Part shown: in pieces, positions 1 to 9,666 of the stretch
How the letters are laid out: every line of letters starts with the position of its first letter
Position numbering within the stretch: the first letter of the stretch is position 1
Origin: Thermoanaerobaculia bacterium
Lineage (GTDB): Bacteria > Acidobacteriota > Thermoanaerobaculia > Multivoradales > UBA5704
Assembly: GCA_044226625.1 (NCBI GenBank)
Contig: JBGAGQ010000006.1
Coordinates: 32,001 to 96,000, forward strand
DNA: 64,000 nucleotides
Reading direction: 5' to 3'
Notes under the pieces: generated by a model
What the model saw: only the letters and a program-made list of their open reading frames with translations
The model's database searches: none
What the model was told of the DNA's origin: nothing
Made by a program: the position numbers and the translations under genes

Positions 1-379
1 ACAGCTCGAGCGCTTCGCAGGGATCGAAGGTGCCTAGGCGCTCTCCGAGATCGACGTAATAGGCCACTTCGGCGAGGCGGCTCCGCGCTTCGGCCAGCTC
101 GGCGAGGCGAACCGTTCGCGGGCGGCCCGAGGGATCTTCGGGATCGAGCCGCGACAGGAGGTCCGCGGCGCCGACCGAGGCGCGGCGGAGGCGGTCGCCG
201 ATCCCGTGAGGATCTTTCGACTCCGCGAGCCCTGGAAGTGTCGCTTCGTGAATCGCGAGCACCAGCCGGTCGACCGCGGCCAACGGCGGCCGAGGCGACG
301 GCTCGAGCGGTTTAGGAGGTAAGGGAGGGGTCGGCGGCGGGGCGGGGGGAGCGTACGGCGGGCGGCTCGTGGCGAACAT
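1..379 (-). CDS. Degenerate four-helix-bundle protein (23S rRNA IVP/bAvd-like fold), 3' end runs off the window
   Basis: Not in the ORF track. ATG at 379 with AGGAG upstream. Reads MFATSRPP...DRLVLAIHEATLPG...IGDRLRRASVGAADLL...AEARSRLAEVAYYVDLGERLG, which resembles the four-helix-bundle family pattern. Open to the window edge. Confidence 0.5.
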   Translation of the reverse strand, partial: MFATSRPPYAPPAPPPTPPLPPKPLEPSPRPPLAAVDRLVLAIHEATLPGLAESKDPHGIGDRLRRASVGAADLLSRLDPEDPSGRPRTVRLAELAEARSRLAEVAYYVDLGERLGTFDPCEALEL

Positions 380-485
380 CGTCCATCTCCTTTTCCGTGA
401 GCGAGGTGGGGCTCACGGAAGAGAGAAGACGTAATTCGCTCCTTTCATCTCGATGCTTCGGCGGAGAAACTCTTCGAAGCTGGGC

Positions 486-2441
486 TCAGCGTCGGCCGCT
501 CCATTCGTTTCGCTGGACCACCGGCAGCTGGAGGGCCCGCTCGCGATCGAGGTCGAGCGACCCGACGTGGAGCGCGAGCGGCGCCTGCACCCACTTGTAG
601 ATCGAGCGGGTGAACAGGGCCGCGAACCGTTCGGACCAGGCGGCGAGACGTTCCGCGGGGATCGTCGGGAACAGGGAGGGGAGAGCGGCGGCGACCTCGT
701 CGGGCGCGAGCTTTTCCCCCGCGTACAGGTGGAGGCAGGCGTCGAGCACGGCGAAGGGCATCAGCTCGCTCTCCGCGGTCTGCGCCGCAGCGAGCTCGGG
801 TCCGGGCTCCGTCGCGAGCGTCATCGCGATGCCTTCGAAGCCAAACCGGGCGTGAAGCCGTTCGAGCAACGCCACGACCACCGTCTTCGGCACGTTCGCG
901 ATCACCGAAAGCGCCCCTTCGAGATCGCCGCCGATGGTCGTGTATCCGACCGCCTTTTCGCTCATGTCGCCGGTCTGAAGGAAAAGGTAGCCCGAGGTGT
1001 TCGCCCAGTTCCACATCCGAACGGCGCGCAGCCGCGCCTGAACGTTCTGTTTCGTGATCTCGCTCGGCTCGGCCGCCGCGTCGGACACGCCCGGCTCGCC
1101 CCGGCCGAGCATCGCTCGCGTAGCCTCCACCTCGCGGTCGAACGCCTCCTCGATCGCCACGGTTCGCAGCGGGACGCCCAGCTCTTCGGCGAGCTTTGCC
1201 GCGGCCCCCTGGGTCGTTTCGGCCGAGTAACGGGTCGGCATGTAGAAGGCCTGGATCGTCTCGCCGATCCGCCGGCGCAGCTCGTCGCCGGAGAGACGCG
1301 GCGCGGCGAGCACCGCCGCGCGCCAGGCGACCAAGAGGGTGAGCATGGAGTCGCGGCCTCCCGAGAGCGCGATGCCCAGCCCTTTGAAAGCGCCGGTTTT
1401 CACCCAATAGTCGCGCACGCCGAGCGCGAGCGCCTCGAACAGCTCGTCGAGCACTTCCTCGCGCGCCGTGGGCTCGGGCGGAGCGGACGGGTCCGAGGGC
1501 GCCGGCAGGAAGAAGCTGCCTCCGGTAGGCGCCGGATAGGCGAGATTCCGCCGGTCGGCGGTCGGCTGGCCGCGCCGGTCGATGATCGGCACGCGCGGCT
1601 GCGCGCGCTGGAAGTCCTCACAATCGACGCGCCAGGTGGTGTTCTCCTGACGGATTCGGCGAGTCCTGTCGAGATCGATCACGCAGGCCTTCCAACCTTC
1701 GCGGAAGCGCTCGAGATCGAGCGCGCGGCGGCCGTTCTGAAACACGAACCCGCCGCCGTCGAAGATCAGGCCGTCCTGCGCTCCGACGGCGTTGGCGTAG
1801 ACCAGCGTCGCCTCGTTGTCCGCCGAACGGGTCGCGAGCATCTCGCGCCGCGTCGCGACGAAACCGAGCCGAAACGGCGAGGCGGACAGGTTGACCACCA
1901 GCTCCGCGCCCGAGTAGCAACGCCGGCGCATCGGACCGTCGGGAGACCAGGCGTCCTCGCAGACCTCGAGCGCGACGGTGCCGAAATCGAAATCGAAAAG
2001 ATAGTCGCCGAGCGGCACTCCCTCGGCGTCGAGCGCCAGGCTTCGCGCGCCTTGGGAAAGCGTTCGCGCCTCGTAAAAGACGTTGTAGGTCGGGAGCTTT
2101 TCCTTCGGTACGAAGCCGAGGATCGAGCCGCCATGGACCGCGGCGGCGCAGTTGAAGATCTGCCCTCCCACGGGCACCGCGAGCCCGACGGCGAAGACCG
2201 TCTTCCAGTCCTTCGTCTCGTGAGCGAACCGCTCGAGCTCGGCTCGCTGGGCGGCGAGAAACGCCCGCCACTGGACCAGATCCTCGGACGGATAGCCGCC
2301 GATCGACTGCTCCGTGAACGCCCCGAGCGTCACCTCCTCGGAGGCCATTTCGCGCGCCATCTGGAGCATTCGGTCGGTGTTCGAGCGCACCGCTCCTACG
2401 GTCGCGTCGAGGCTGGCGATAGCGATCTTGATCAAGCGCAT
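486..2441 (-). CDS. nadE: Glutamine-dependent NAD+ synthetase
   Basis: N-terminal nitrilase-like domain with E-K-C triad (FTEQ, PKEKLP, VCEDAW) and C-terminal synthetase (SGGRDS, QNVQARLR, GYTTIGGD). Start set at MRLIKIAIA. Confidence 0.93.
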   Translation of the reverse strand: MRLIKIAIASLDATVGAVRSNTDRMLQMAREMASEEVTLGAFTEQSIGGYPSEDLVQWRAFLAAQRAELERFAHETKDWKTVFAVGLAVPVGGQIFNCAAAVHGGSILGFVPKEKLPTYNVFYEARTLSQGARSLALDAEGVPLGDYLFDFDFGTVALEVCEDAWSPDGPMRRRCYSGAELVVNLSASPFRLGFVATRREMLATRSADNEATLVYANAVGAQDGLIFDGGGFVFQNGRRALDLERFREGWKACVIDLDRTRRIRQENTTWRVDCEDFQRAQPRVPIIDRRGQPTADRRNLAYPAPTGGSFFLPAPSDPSAPPEPTAREEVLDELFEALALGVRDYWVKTGAFKGLGIALSGGRDSMLTLLVAWRAAVLAAPRLSGDELRRRIGETIQAFYMPTRYSAETTQGAAAKLAEELGVPLRTVAIEEAFDREVEATRAMLGRGEPGVSDAAAEPSEITKQNVQARLRAVRMWNWANTSGYLFLQTGDMSEKAVGYTTIGGDLEGALSVIANVPKTVVVALLERLHARFGFEGIAMTLATEPGPELAAAQTAESELMPFAVLDACLHLYAGEKLAPDEVAAALPSLFPTIPAERLAAWSERFAALFTRSIYKWVQAPLALHVGSLDLDRERALQLPVVQRNEWSGRR

Positions 2442-2566
2442 GGCGTTCCTTGCCGGGACCCTTTTGTCCTTGCGGGGGGTTCGATCGAAAAAAGAAGAGC
2501 TGAAAATCGGACGCTGCCGTTTCTCGCCGGCCGAGCTTCCGCTCGGAGCATAGCAGGGCGCGCCGG

Positions 2567-3478
2567 CTAGTCCGGGTCTCCCGCGGCGGCCGAGAGCAGC
2601 AGGCGAGACAGCCGGCGGATGAGCTCGAAAAGGGCCGGCTCGTCGGTGGCATCCGAGGCCGCCGCGGCGAGACGCCCGAGAGCGGCGAGCGGCACCGGAG
2701 GCAGTGCGGGATCCGCGAATCGTTCGGCCTCCGCGCGGCTCCATTCCGCGAGCGCCGCCGGACCGCCGGAGGCGAGAGCGAGGCGCCCGCGATCGAGCGC
2801 CGCGAGCGCCGCCTCGAGCGGCCGGCCGCGACGCAGGCCGGCATCCCGAAGGTCGTCGAGGGCCGCCTCGACCTCGACCGCAACCGCGTCCTCGGCAACC
2901 TCGAACCGGGTCGGCATGCCGAGGGGATACACCGCGTCGTCCGCTTCGTCGGTGTCCAAAGAGGGCGGAAGCCGCCGGGCCTCCCGCCTGGGGCCCCCGA
3001 TCTCGCGCGCCCGGCGCTCGATCCGCTCCGCCGCGGCGAGGTGCTCGCGACAGAACGGGAGGAGTGACCTCCCAGAGGATCGCGCGCCCGGCTCCTCTTC
3101 CGTGAGAGCCTTGAGCGCCAGGCGAGCCGCGTCGAGCGCTCCCGCCGGATCGTCCGGCCAGGAGGTCCGGCATCGGGCGAGCAGCTCCGCGGCAACTTCC
3201 GGAGCGGAGAGCTCGGGCCGGTCGCGCAGGGCGAGGCGGCGTTCATGCTCCGATCGCTCGAGCAACGCGTCGACCTCGTGGTCGCCACGCGACGCGAGCG
3301 TGTGCGCGAGATCGTTCAGGAATTCGCCGAAAACCGTCCGCCGGCCCGGATCCGAGGCGGGGTCGGGGTCGGGGTCAAGGATTGGCGCGGCCGGCTCGGG
3401 ACGGAAACGCTCGGGCGAGCCCAACAGAGGGGCGACCCGCCCCTCTTTCTCGGATTCGTCGGGCGGCTCGCCGCTCAC
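2567..3478 (-). CDS. Hypothetical alpha-helical (TPR-like) protein
   Basis: 3' part of track ORF 2567..4246. GTG at 3478 overlaps the lspA stop (GTGA). Ala/Leu/Arg-rich helical sequence. Confidence 0.55.
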   Translation of the reverse strand: MSGEPPDESEKEGRVAPLLGSPERFRPEPAAPILDPDPDPASDPGRRTVFGEFLNDLAHTLASRGDHEVDALLERSEHERRLALRDRPELSAPEVAAELLARCRTSWPDDPAGALDAARLALKALTEEEPGARSSGRSLLPFCREHLAAAERIERRAREIGGPRREARRLPPSLDTDEADDAVYPLGMPTRFEVAEDAVAVEVEAALDDLRDAGLRRGRPLEAALAALDRGRLALASGGPAALAEWSRAEAERFADPALPPVPLAALGRLAAAASDATDEPALFELIRRLSRLLLSAAAGDPD

Positions 3479-3999
3479 CGGTCCGCGGAGCGCGCGTCGG
3501 GCTCCGCCTCTTGCGCCTTGCCCCCGACGGCGCCGGAGATCGCGAACAGGATCGCGCCGCTCGTCAGGCAGAGATCGGCCACGTTGAACACCCCCGTGCG
3601 CACCGGCCCGATGCCTAAGATCATGAAGTCGGTCACCGCGCCGCCGCGGAGAACCCGGTCGATCAGGTTGCCGAAACCGCCCGAAATCAGGAGCGCCAGG
3701 GCGAACGTGGGCCAGAAGGTGAGGTCCCGGCTGCGCACGAGGTAGGCCGTCAGGCCGACGACCAGGAGGACGTTCAAACCGCCGAGGAGCCCTTCGCGCC
3801 AACCGACCGGCAGGTTCGCTCCCAGGCTCAGAAAGGCCCCCCGGTTTTCGGCGTATTCCAGCCGGGCGATCCCTCCGAGATAGCTCCGGCTCGGTTGATA
3901 CGCCAGGTGCTTGCGCGCGAGGAGCTTGGTCGCCTGATCGAGCGCCAGGACGGCCAAGAAGACGGCGATCAGTAGTTGCACACGCGCAGCTCGGGTCAA
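3475..3999 (-). CDS. lspA: Lipoprotein signal peptidase II
   Basis: Motifs DQATK, ENRGAFLS, GGFGNLIDR, VTDF, VFNVAD. TTG start overlaps the upstream stop. Confidence 0.92.
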   Translation of the reverse strand: MTRAARVQLLIAVFLAVLALDQATKLLARKHLAYQPSRSYLGGIARLEYAENRGAFLSLGANLPVGWREGLLGGLNVLLVVGLTAYLVRSRDLTFWPTFALALLISGGFGNLIDRVLRGGAVTDFMILGIGPVRTGVFNVADLCLTSGAILFAISGAVGGKAQEAEPDARSADR

Positions 4000-5129
4000 G
4001 GGAGTGTTCCTTTCGCGGGGCCGGCCCCGACGAGGCCTCGACGCTCCAACTCCTCGAGGAGCACCTCGGCGTACAGCCGATGGCCGAGTGCGTTCGGGTG
4101 ACCGTCGTGGGGGATGCGGAAGACGGTAACCCAATTCTTCCGGTCGTGCTGAAGGTCGTGGGCGACCAGGTAATCGTAAAAGTGAGGCGCCGCGTTGAGG
4201 AAGGTAAAACCGTTCTTTTCCGCGGTCTCTCGGGCGAGCTTGCCACGCCCGTCGTCCCCGCCGAGTGCCATCACGATCACCGGGATGTCGCGCGGTCGGG
4301 TCAATTCGCGGAGCCGGCCGAGCGCCTTGACGAACGCCGCCTCGCCTACGATGCCCTCGTACTGCTTGCGCGCCTCGTAGCGCTCACCTTTGGCGTCCCC
4401 GTCGGTGTCGTGGCCGACCAGGTCGGGATCCACCTCGTCGTCCGGCGACGGCGGGGTGAACCGAGCCTTGAGCAGCTCCCAGAGCAGCCAGCGCGACGGC
4501 GCGGCACCGCGGTCCTGGGAGGCGTCGGGCCGACGGAGGAAATGCGGCAGACCGAAGTCGTTGCCGATGAAATGGAGCACGACAAGATCGGGCGAGAAAG
4601 GCAGCGCGCGATGCTCGAACGCCGCCACTTCGAGCGACGTGTTGTAGCCCGGAACCGCGAAGCTCAAGGCGTCGGTGGGCCGGCCCCGAGCGGAGAGCTC
4701 CTTCTCGACGATCTCGAGGTACGGCTCCCCCTCGCCCACCCCCCAGCCGAACATCACCGAATCTCCGAGCCCGGCGATTCGAAACCTCCCCGGCGGTTTG
4801 GCCGTCGGAATGTCGCGCGATCCGCGGAGCCCCTGGGCGTTCGTCCGCAGGCTCTTGCCTCGAAACGTTCCGGAGACGTTCGGCTTGAGCTCGTAGACGA
4901 CGTCCGGAAACACGCTCGCCTTGACCAGACCGGAAAGCGAGAACTTTCCGCCGTGCTCCGCGTTGTCGGCGACCGAGGTCCGCGCCGACTTGGCGAGAAT
5001 GGTGCGCACGTCCGCCGCGGATTCGCCCCCTCGCGAACGGAAGTAGAGGCGGACCGCCCCCTCCGCCGCCAGCAGCGAGAGGACCAGGGTGGAGAGAACC
5101 ACACAGAGACGAAGGGTCAGGCGGCGCAT
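3996..5129 (-). CDS. SGNH/GDSL hydrolase family membrane-anchored protein
   Basis: N-terminal TM segment; GDSVMFG block I, PGY, GND and DGHPN motifs. Confidence 0.85.
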   Translation of the reverse strand: MRRLTLRLCVVLSTLVLSLLAAEGAVRLYFRSRGGESAADVRTILAKSARTSVADNAEHGGKFSLSGLVKASVFPDVVYELKPNVSGTFRGKSLRTNAQGLRGSRDIPTAKPPGRFRIAGLGDSVMFGWGVGEGEPYLEIVEKELSARGRPTDALSFAVPGYNTSLEVAAFEHRALPFSPDLVVLHFIGNDFGLPHFLRRPDASQDRGAAPSRWLLWELLKARFTPPSPDDEVDPDLVGHDTDGDAKGERYEARKQYEGIVGEAAFVKALGRLRELTRPRDIPVIVMALGGDDGRGKLARETAEKNGFTFLNAAPHFYDYLVAHDLQHDRKNWVTVFRIPHDGHPNALGHRLYAEVLLEELERRGLVGAGPAKGTLP

Positions 5130-5187
5130 GAGCGGGTCGGATTGTATGGCGTCGGACCGCCGCTCCGTTCACCGCTAAGATTCCGCC

Positions 5188-6999
5188 GTGCGTTTTCGCC
5201 ACCTCGGGCCGCTCGTCGCGGCTCTCCTGTCCGCTCGCTGCGCTCCCCGACCCGAGAGCTGGCCGGTCGTCCGGGATCTCGCGGGCGATCTGCCGGTCTG
5301 CGAGGCGCGGCGGGAGGCGGAGCATCCTGGGCCGCCCAGGCCGCCCCAGCCGCCTCTCGAAGCCCTCGCCACCCGCGTGGCGGAAGGAATCGCGATTTCG
5401 GGAGGGACGCGCGTCGACGGCTACCTCGCGATCGAAGGGCACGCGGCCCTCGGGATCGACGGGACCGTCCTGCGCGGATCGCCGATCTCCGTCGAGATCG
5501 AGCTGGCGACGGAGGGAGAAGGCGAGGACGAGGAGGGCGCATGGCTCAATCCGGGGCCTCGGGCGGAGACCTGGGAGATTCCGGGCGAGGGAACACGGCT
5601 GGTCCGCTGGACTCTTCGGGCCGAGGGCAGCCCCGACCACTGGGCGATCGTGCGGCGGCCGGTCCTCCGGGCTCTCCCCGCCTCGCACCCGGTTTCGGCG
5701 GGAGGACGGCGACCGGCGGAATCGAATTCCGCGGCGGCGCGGCCAAACGTCCTCCTCTACCTGATCGACACGTTGCGGGCCGACCGGCTCGGCGCCTACG
5801 GTTCTCGGCGCGCGCTCACCCCGCGCATCGACGCGCTCGCCGCCCAAGGCTTCGTCTTCGAGCGGACCACCGCGGCCTCCTCCTGGACCAAGCCGTCGAC
5901 CGCGACGATCCTGTCCGGTCTTCCGCCACAGGCGCACGGCGCGACCCGGCTGGAACGGCGGCTTCCGGGGAAGGTCCGCACCCTGGCCGAAGAGTTGCGG
6001 GACGCGGGGTACCGAACCGGCGGGTTCAGCGCGAACGCCCATGTGACCGCGGCGACTGGATTCGACCAAGGGTTCGACCGCTTCGAGTTCCTCCCCGAGC
6101 TCGCGGGCGCGGACCGCCTCGCCGATCGGGCGAAGGAGTGGCTCGAGGGGGCCGACTCTCCCGGCGTCGCCGCTGGCGCCGCGCGCCCGTTCTTCCTCTA
6201 TCTCCACACGATCGAGCCCCACGCGCCGTACGAGCCGGCGGAAGACCTCCGCCGCCGCTTCGCGGCCGAGGTACCCCCAGGGACCGGAAGTCTCGCGCAG
6301 GTCGAAGAAACCTACCGGGCGCTCGGTCGGCGGCGGCCCGACGCCCAAGAGCGGGTGGCGCGACTGGCGCGGCTCTACGATGCCGAGGTCGCGGAGGCCG
6401 ACCGGGGTCTCGGCCTGCTGCTCGACGAGCTCGACCGGCGCGGCCGGCTCGACGAAACGCTGGTCGTCGTGATCTCGGACCACGGCGAAGAGCTGGGCGA
6501 GCATGGAGGGATCGGCCACGGCAAGACGCTCTATCGCGAGGTCCTCGACGTTCCCTGGATCGTTCGCCTCCCGGGACAGAAATCGCCTCGGAAGATCGCA
6601 ACTCCCGCCGCGCACGTCGACGTCTTTCCGACGATCCTCGCGGCGATCGGCCGGCCGGCGTCCGCCGAGCTGCGCGGCGTGGATCTCCTCGCGCCCTCGA
6701 CGAAGGCAAGACCGCTCTTCGCTCATCTCGAGTACGAAGGTCGCCTCGGGGCGCGAGTCGAGCTCGACGGTTGGAGCCTGATCGACCCTTGGAGCCGAAA
6801 GTTCTCCCGCCGGCCGAAGCTTTTCTTCCGCGCCGATCGCGACGAGACGCGGGATCTCGCGGCGGAGCACCCCGTGCGCGCCGGCTATCTGCGCTCGCTG
6901 CTCCGCGCCCAGGAGCTCGCGCAACGCCATCCGGTGGCCGCCTCGGCGCCGCTCGGCGAGCAGGAACGGAAAGCGCTCGAAGCGCTCGGTTATCTCTGA
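5188..6999 (+). CDS. Sulfatase-like hydrolase (alkaline phosphatase superfamily)
   Basis: IDTLRAD, SWTKPSTATILSG, HTIEPHAPY, SDHGEE, GHG and C-terminal LEALGYL. Confidence 0.85.
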   Translation: MRFRHLGPLVAALLSARCAPRPESWPVVRDLAGDLPVCEARREAEHPGPPRPPQPPLEALATRVAEGIAISGGTRVDGYLAIEGHAALGIDGTVLRGSPISVEIELATEGEGEDEEGAWLNPGPRAETWEIPGEGTRLVRWTLRAEGSPDHWAIVRRPVLRALPASHPVSAGGRRPAESNSAAARPNVLLYLIDTLRADRLGAYGSRRALTPRIDALAAQGFVFERTTAASSWTKPSTATILSGLPPQAHGATRLERRLPGKVRTLAEELRDAGYRTGGFSANAHVTAATGFDQGFDRFEFLPELAGADRLADRAKEWLEGADSPGVAAGAARPFFLYLHTIEPHAPYEPAEDLRRRFAAEVPPGTGSLAQVEETYRALGRRRPDAQERVARLARLYDAEVAEADRGLGLLLDELDRRGRLDETLVVVISDHGEELGEHGGIGHGKTLYREVLDVPWIVRLPGQKSPRKIATPAAHVDVFPTILAAIGRPASAELRGVDLLAPSTKARPLFAHLEYEGRLGARVELDGWSLIDPWSRKFSRRPKLFFRADRDETRDLAAEHPVRAGYLRSLLRAQELAQRHPVAASAPLGEQERKALEALGYL

Positions 7000-7052
7000 G
7001 CCAGCTCTGAGCCAGCCTATCATCGGACGCCTTCTTTCTCGAAAGGAACCGT

Positions 7053-8486
7053 TTGACTCCCGTCACGCTCCCGCTCTGGCAGGTCGTCGTGCTCGTGGTG
7101 CTCGCGCTCTGGTGGGCGCTCGAACGGATCTTCGTGCCGAGCGTCCGCTGGTTCCTCAGGCGCCGGGTCAATCAGGCGATCCGCGAGGTCAACGAGCGAT
7201 TGCGGATCGCGATCCCGCAGTTTCAGCTCACCAAACGGCAGGTGCTCCTCGACCGGCTGCTCTACGACCCGGCGATCGTTCAGGCGATCGACGCTTACGC
7301 CCGCGAGGAGAAGATGCCGCGCGAGGTGGTGGTCGCCAAGGTCGAACGGTACGCGCACGAGATCGTGCCGTCGTTCAACGCCTACGCCTATTTCCGCATC
7401 GGTTACTGGATCGCGCGGGGCGCCGCGCGCCTTCTCTATCGGGTGCGGCTGGGCAGCTCGGACGAGGTGGGCCTCGCCTCGATCCCGCCGAACGCCACGG
7501 TGGTCTTCCTGATGAACCACCGGAGCAACATGGACTACGTCCTGGTCTCCTACCTGGTCGCGGAGCGGATCGCCCTGTCCTACGCCGTGGGCGAATGGGC
7601 ACGGATCTGGCCGCTCCAACAGCTGATCCGGTCGATGGGCGCGTATTTCGTCCGCCGCAACTCGCGCGATCCGCTCTATCGCCGGGTGCTCGAGCGCTAC
7701 ATTCAGATGGCGACCCACGGCGGGGTTCCGCAGGCGGTCTTTCCGGAAGGGGGCCTATCGCGCGACGGCAAGCTGCGGTCGCCGCGGATCGGCATCCTCG
7801 ACTACATGCTGCGGGCGTTCGACCCGAACGGCGAGCGCGACCTGGTTTTCGTGCCGGTCGGATTGAACTACGACCGGACGCTCGAAGACCGGACGCTACT
7901 GCTCGACGTGAGCGACCCGGACGGCGGCGCTGCAGCCAAGCCGCGAGCCCGCGGCCTCGGCGCTCTCGGCAAGACGATGGGCTTCGTCGGCCGCAACTTG
8001 GGGCAGATGCTGCTGCGGCGCTGGCACCGATTCGGCTACGCCTGCGTCAATTTCGGCTCGCCGTTTTCCACCCGCGCTTACTTGGCCCGCAAGGGATTCG
8101 ACCCCCGGACCCTACCGCGAGAGGAGCGGATCGCGCGCATCGAGGAGCTCGCCCGCGAGTTGATGGTGGAGATCGGCAAGGTCGTGCCGGCGCTGCCGGT
8201 TTCCCTGGTGACGGCGGCGCTCCTCGATCATCCCGAAGGGCTCTCGGAGCTCGACCTCAAAGCGGAAGTCCACGAGCGGATCGCCCGCCTCGAATCGGCC
8301 GGAGCGCGGGTCTACGTGCCCCGCAGCGATCGCGATTACGCGATATCTTTCGGCCTTCGGATGCTCGAGCAGCGGCACCTGGTCGCCGTTCACGACGGTC
8401 TCTACCGTCCGGCCCCGTCCGAGCGCTCGACGCTCGCCTACTACGCCAACTCGATCGCCCACCTTTTCCCCGAAGGAGACGCTTGA
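7053..8486 (+). CDS. Glycerol-3-phosphate acyltransferase (PlsB-like)
   Basis: NHRSNMD (HX4D), GAYFVRR and FPEGGLSR acyltransferase blocks. Confidence 0.85.
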   Translation: MTPVTLPLWQVVVLVVLALWWALERIFVPSVRWFLRRRVNQAIREVNERLRIAIPQFQLTKRQVLLDRLLYDPAIVQAIDAYAREEKMPREVVVAKVERYAHEIVPSFNAYAYFRIGYWIARGAARLLYRVRLGSSDEVGLASIPPNATVVFLMNHRSNMDYVLVSYLVAERIALSYAVGEWARIWPLQQLIRSMGAYFVRRNSRDPLYRRVLERYIQMATHGGVPQAVFPEGGLSRDGKLRSPRIGILDYMLRAFDPNGERDLVFVPVGLNYDRTLEDRTLLLDVSDPDGGAAAKPRARGLGALGKTMGFVGRNLGQMLLRRWHRFGYACVNFGSPFSTRAYLARKGFDPRTLPREERIARIEELARELMVEIGKVVPALPVSLVTAALLDHPEGLSELDLKAEVHERIARLESAGARVYVPRSDRDYAISFGLRMLEQRHLVAVHDGLYRPAPSERSTLAYYANSIAHLFPEGDA

Positions 8487-9058
8487 TGAACACCGAACGG
8501 AAATCCGCCCTGCCGCTTCTCGCCCTGGCGCTCGCCGCCTTCGCCACCTCGTCCGTCATCGCCCCAGCCCCAGCCCGGGCGGCCGACCCCTCGTCGCCCG
8601 CCGGGGTGTTCGAGGCCGAGGTCGCGAGAAATCTCGGCGAAGCCGAAAAGAAGCTGGTCGAGCTCGCGGGCGCGATGCCGGCAGAGAAATTCACCTGGCG
8701 CCCGGCGGAAGGGGTGCGCTCCTACGCCGAGGTCACCCTCCACGTCGCGAGCGGCAACTATCTCCTGGCCAAGATTCTCGGGACCAATCCGCCGGAGGGT
8801 GTGGACATGCGGACCATCGAATCGTCGACCACCGACAAGGCGAAGGCGATCGAAATCCTCAAAGCCTCTTACGTCCACGTCAACAAGGTCATCGCGGCGC
8901 TATCCGCCGCCGACCTCGACGCCAAGGTCGACTTCTTCGGAAAGTCGGCGACCAAGCGAGAGATCGCGATGGGCGTGATCAGCCACAGCCACGAGCATCT
9001 CGGCCAGTCGATCGCCTACGCCCGGATGAACGGCGTCGTCCCGCCCTGGTCCAAATAG
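8486..9058 (+). CDS. Exported DinB family protein
   Basis: Signal peptide; WRPAEGVRSYAEVTLH and HSHEHLGQSIAYARMNGVVPPW. ATG overlaps the upstream TGA. Confidence 0.85.
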   Translation: MNTERKSALPLLALALAAFATSSVIAPAPARAADPSSPAGVFEAEVARNLGEAEKKLVELAGAMPAEKFTWRPAEGVRSYAEVTLHVASGNYLLAKILGTNPPEGVDMRTIESSTTDKAKAIEILKASYVHVNKVIAALSAADLDAKVDFFGKSATKREIAMGVISHSHEHLGQSIAYARMNGVVPPWSK

Positions 9059-9077
9059 AACGCCGGAGACGGCGGCT

Positions 9078-9569
9078 TCAATCCGACAGGATCGGCAGAA
9101 GCGACGGCACCTTCGCCACGAGGTCGTGGGGCACCATGATGTTCGAGCGGAGGATCTCCTTCTGCCGAATCACGAGATCCTCGAGGGTCGTGCGGGCGAG
9201 GATGCGTTCGACCGCCGACTTCACCTCCAGAAAGACCTCGCGAATCACGCAGTGGTCGGTCCCCAGCTCGATCGTGCAGGGAAGGGCGAGGATCTGATCG
9301 ATCGCCGTGGTCTGCCCTTCGAGGGTGACCATGATGTCCTTGATCGAGATTAGCTTCGCCGGCCGGCCCAGGACGTGGCCCCCCTGCGGGCCGCGGTTCG
9401 AATAGATCAGCCGGTCTTTGGAGAGAAGGGCCAGGATCTGGCGTAGGTAAGGCTCGGGAATACCCTGATGGGTCGCGATCTCGCGGCTGGTGACGGCGCC
9501 TTCCTCCGCGTGCATCGCCAGGTAGAGCATCGCCCGGATGCCATATTCGCCTTTGGTCGAGATTTTCAT
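9078..9569 (-). CDS. Rrf2 family transcriptional regulator
   Basis: MKISTKGEYGIRAM, YLRQIL and SNRGPQGG motifs; only two C-terminal Cys. Confidence 0.9.
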   Translation of the reverse strand: MKISTKGEYGIRAMLYLAMHAEEGAVTSREIATHQGIPEPYLRQILALLSKDRLIYSNRGPQGGHVLGRPAKLISIKDIMVTLEGQTTAIDQILALPCTIELGTDHCVIREVFLEVKSAVERILARTTLEDLVIRQKEILRSNIMVPHDLVAKVPSLLPILSD

Positions 9570-9666
9570 TGGAATTCCGTCGAGCGATCCGTCGAGGTCC
9601 GATCGAATCTCGATCGAACGTATCCGGTTCGACTCATGAATTCTAACACGCCCCCTCCCTCCCCCC

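Noticed and set aside
1-379. Four-helix-bundle protein as the Avd of a diversity-generating retroelement
   Set aside because: No reverse transcriptase or TR/VR pair in the window; the fold is common on its own and the gene is cut by the window edge.
9078-9569. Calling the Rrf2 protein IscR
   Set aside because: Only two Cys in the ligand region and no isc or suf genes adjacent.
9575-9635. Recurring TCGA/CGATCG words upstream of the Rrf2 gene
   Set aside because: These words are abundant throughout the window and do not form a regular repeat.
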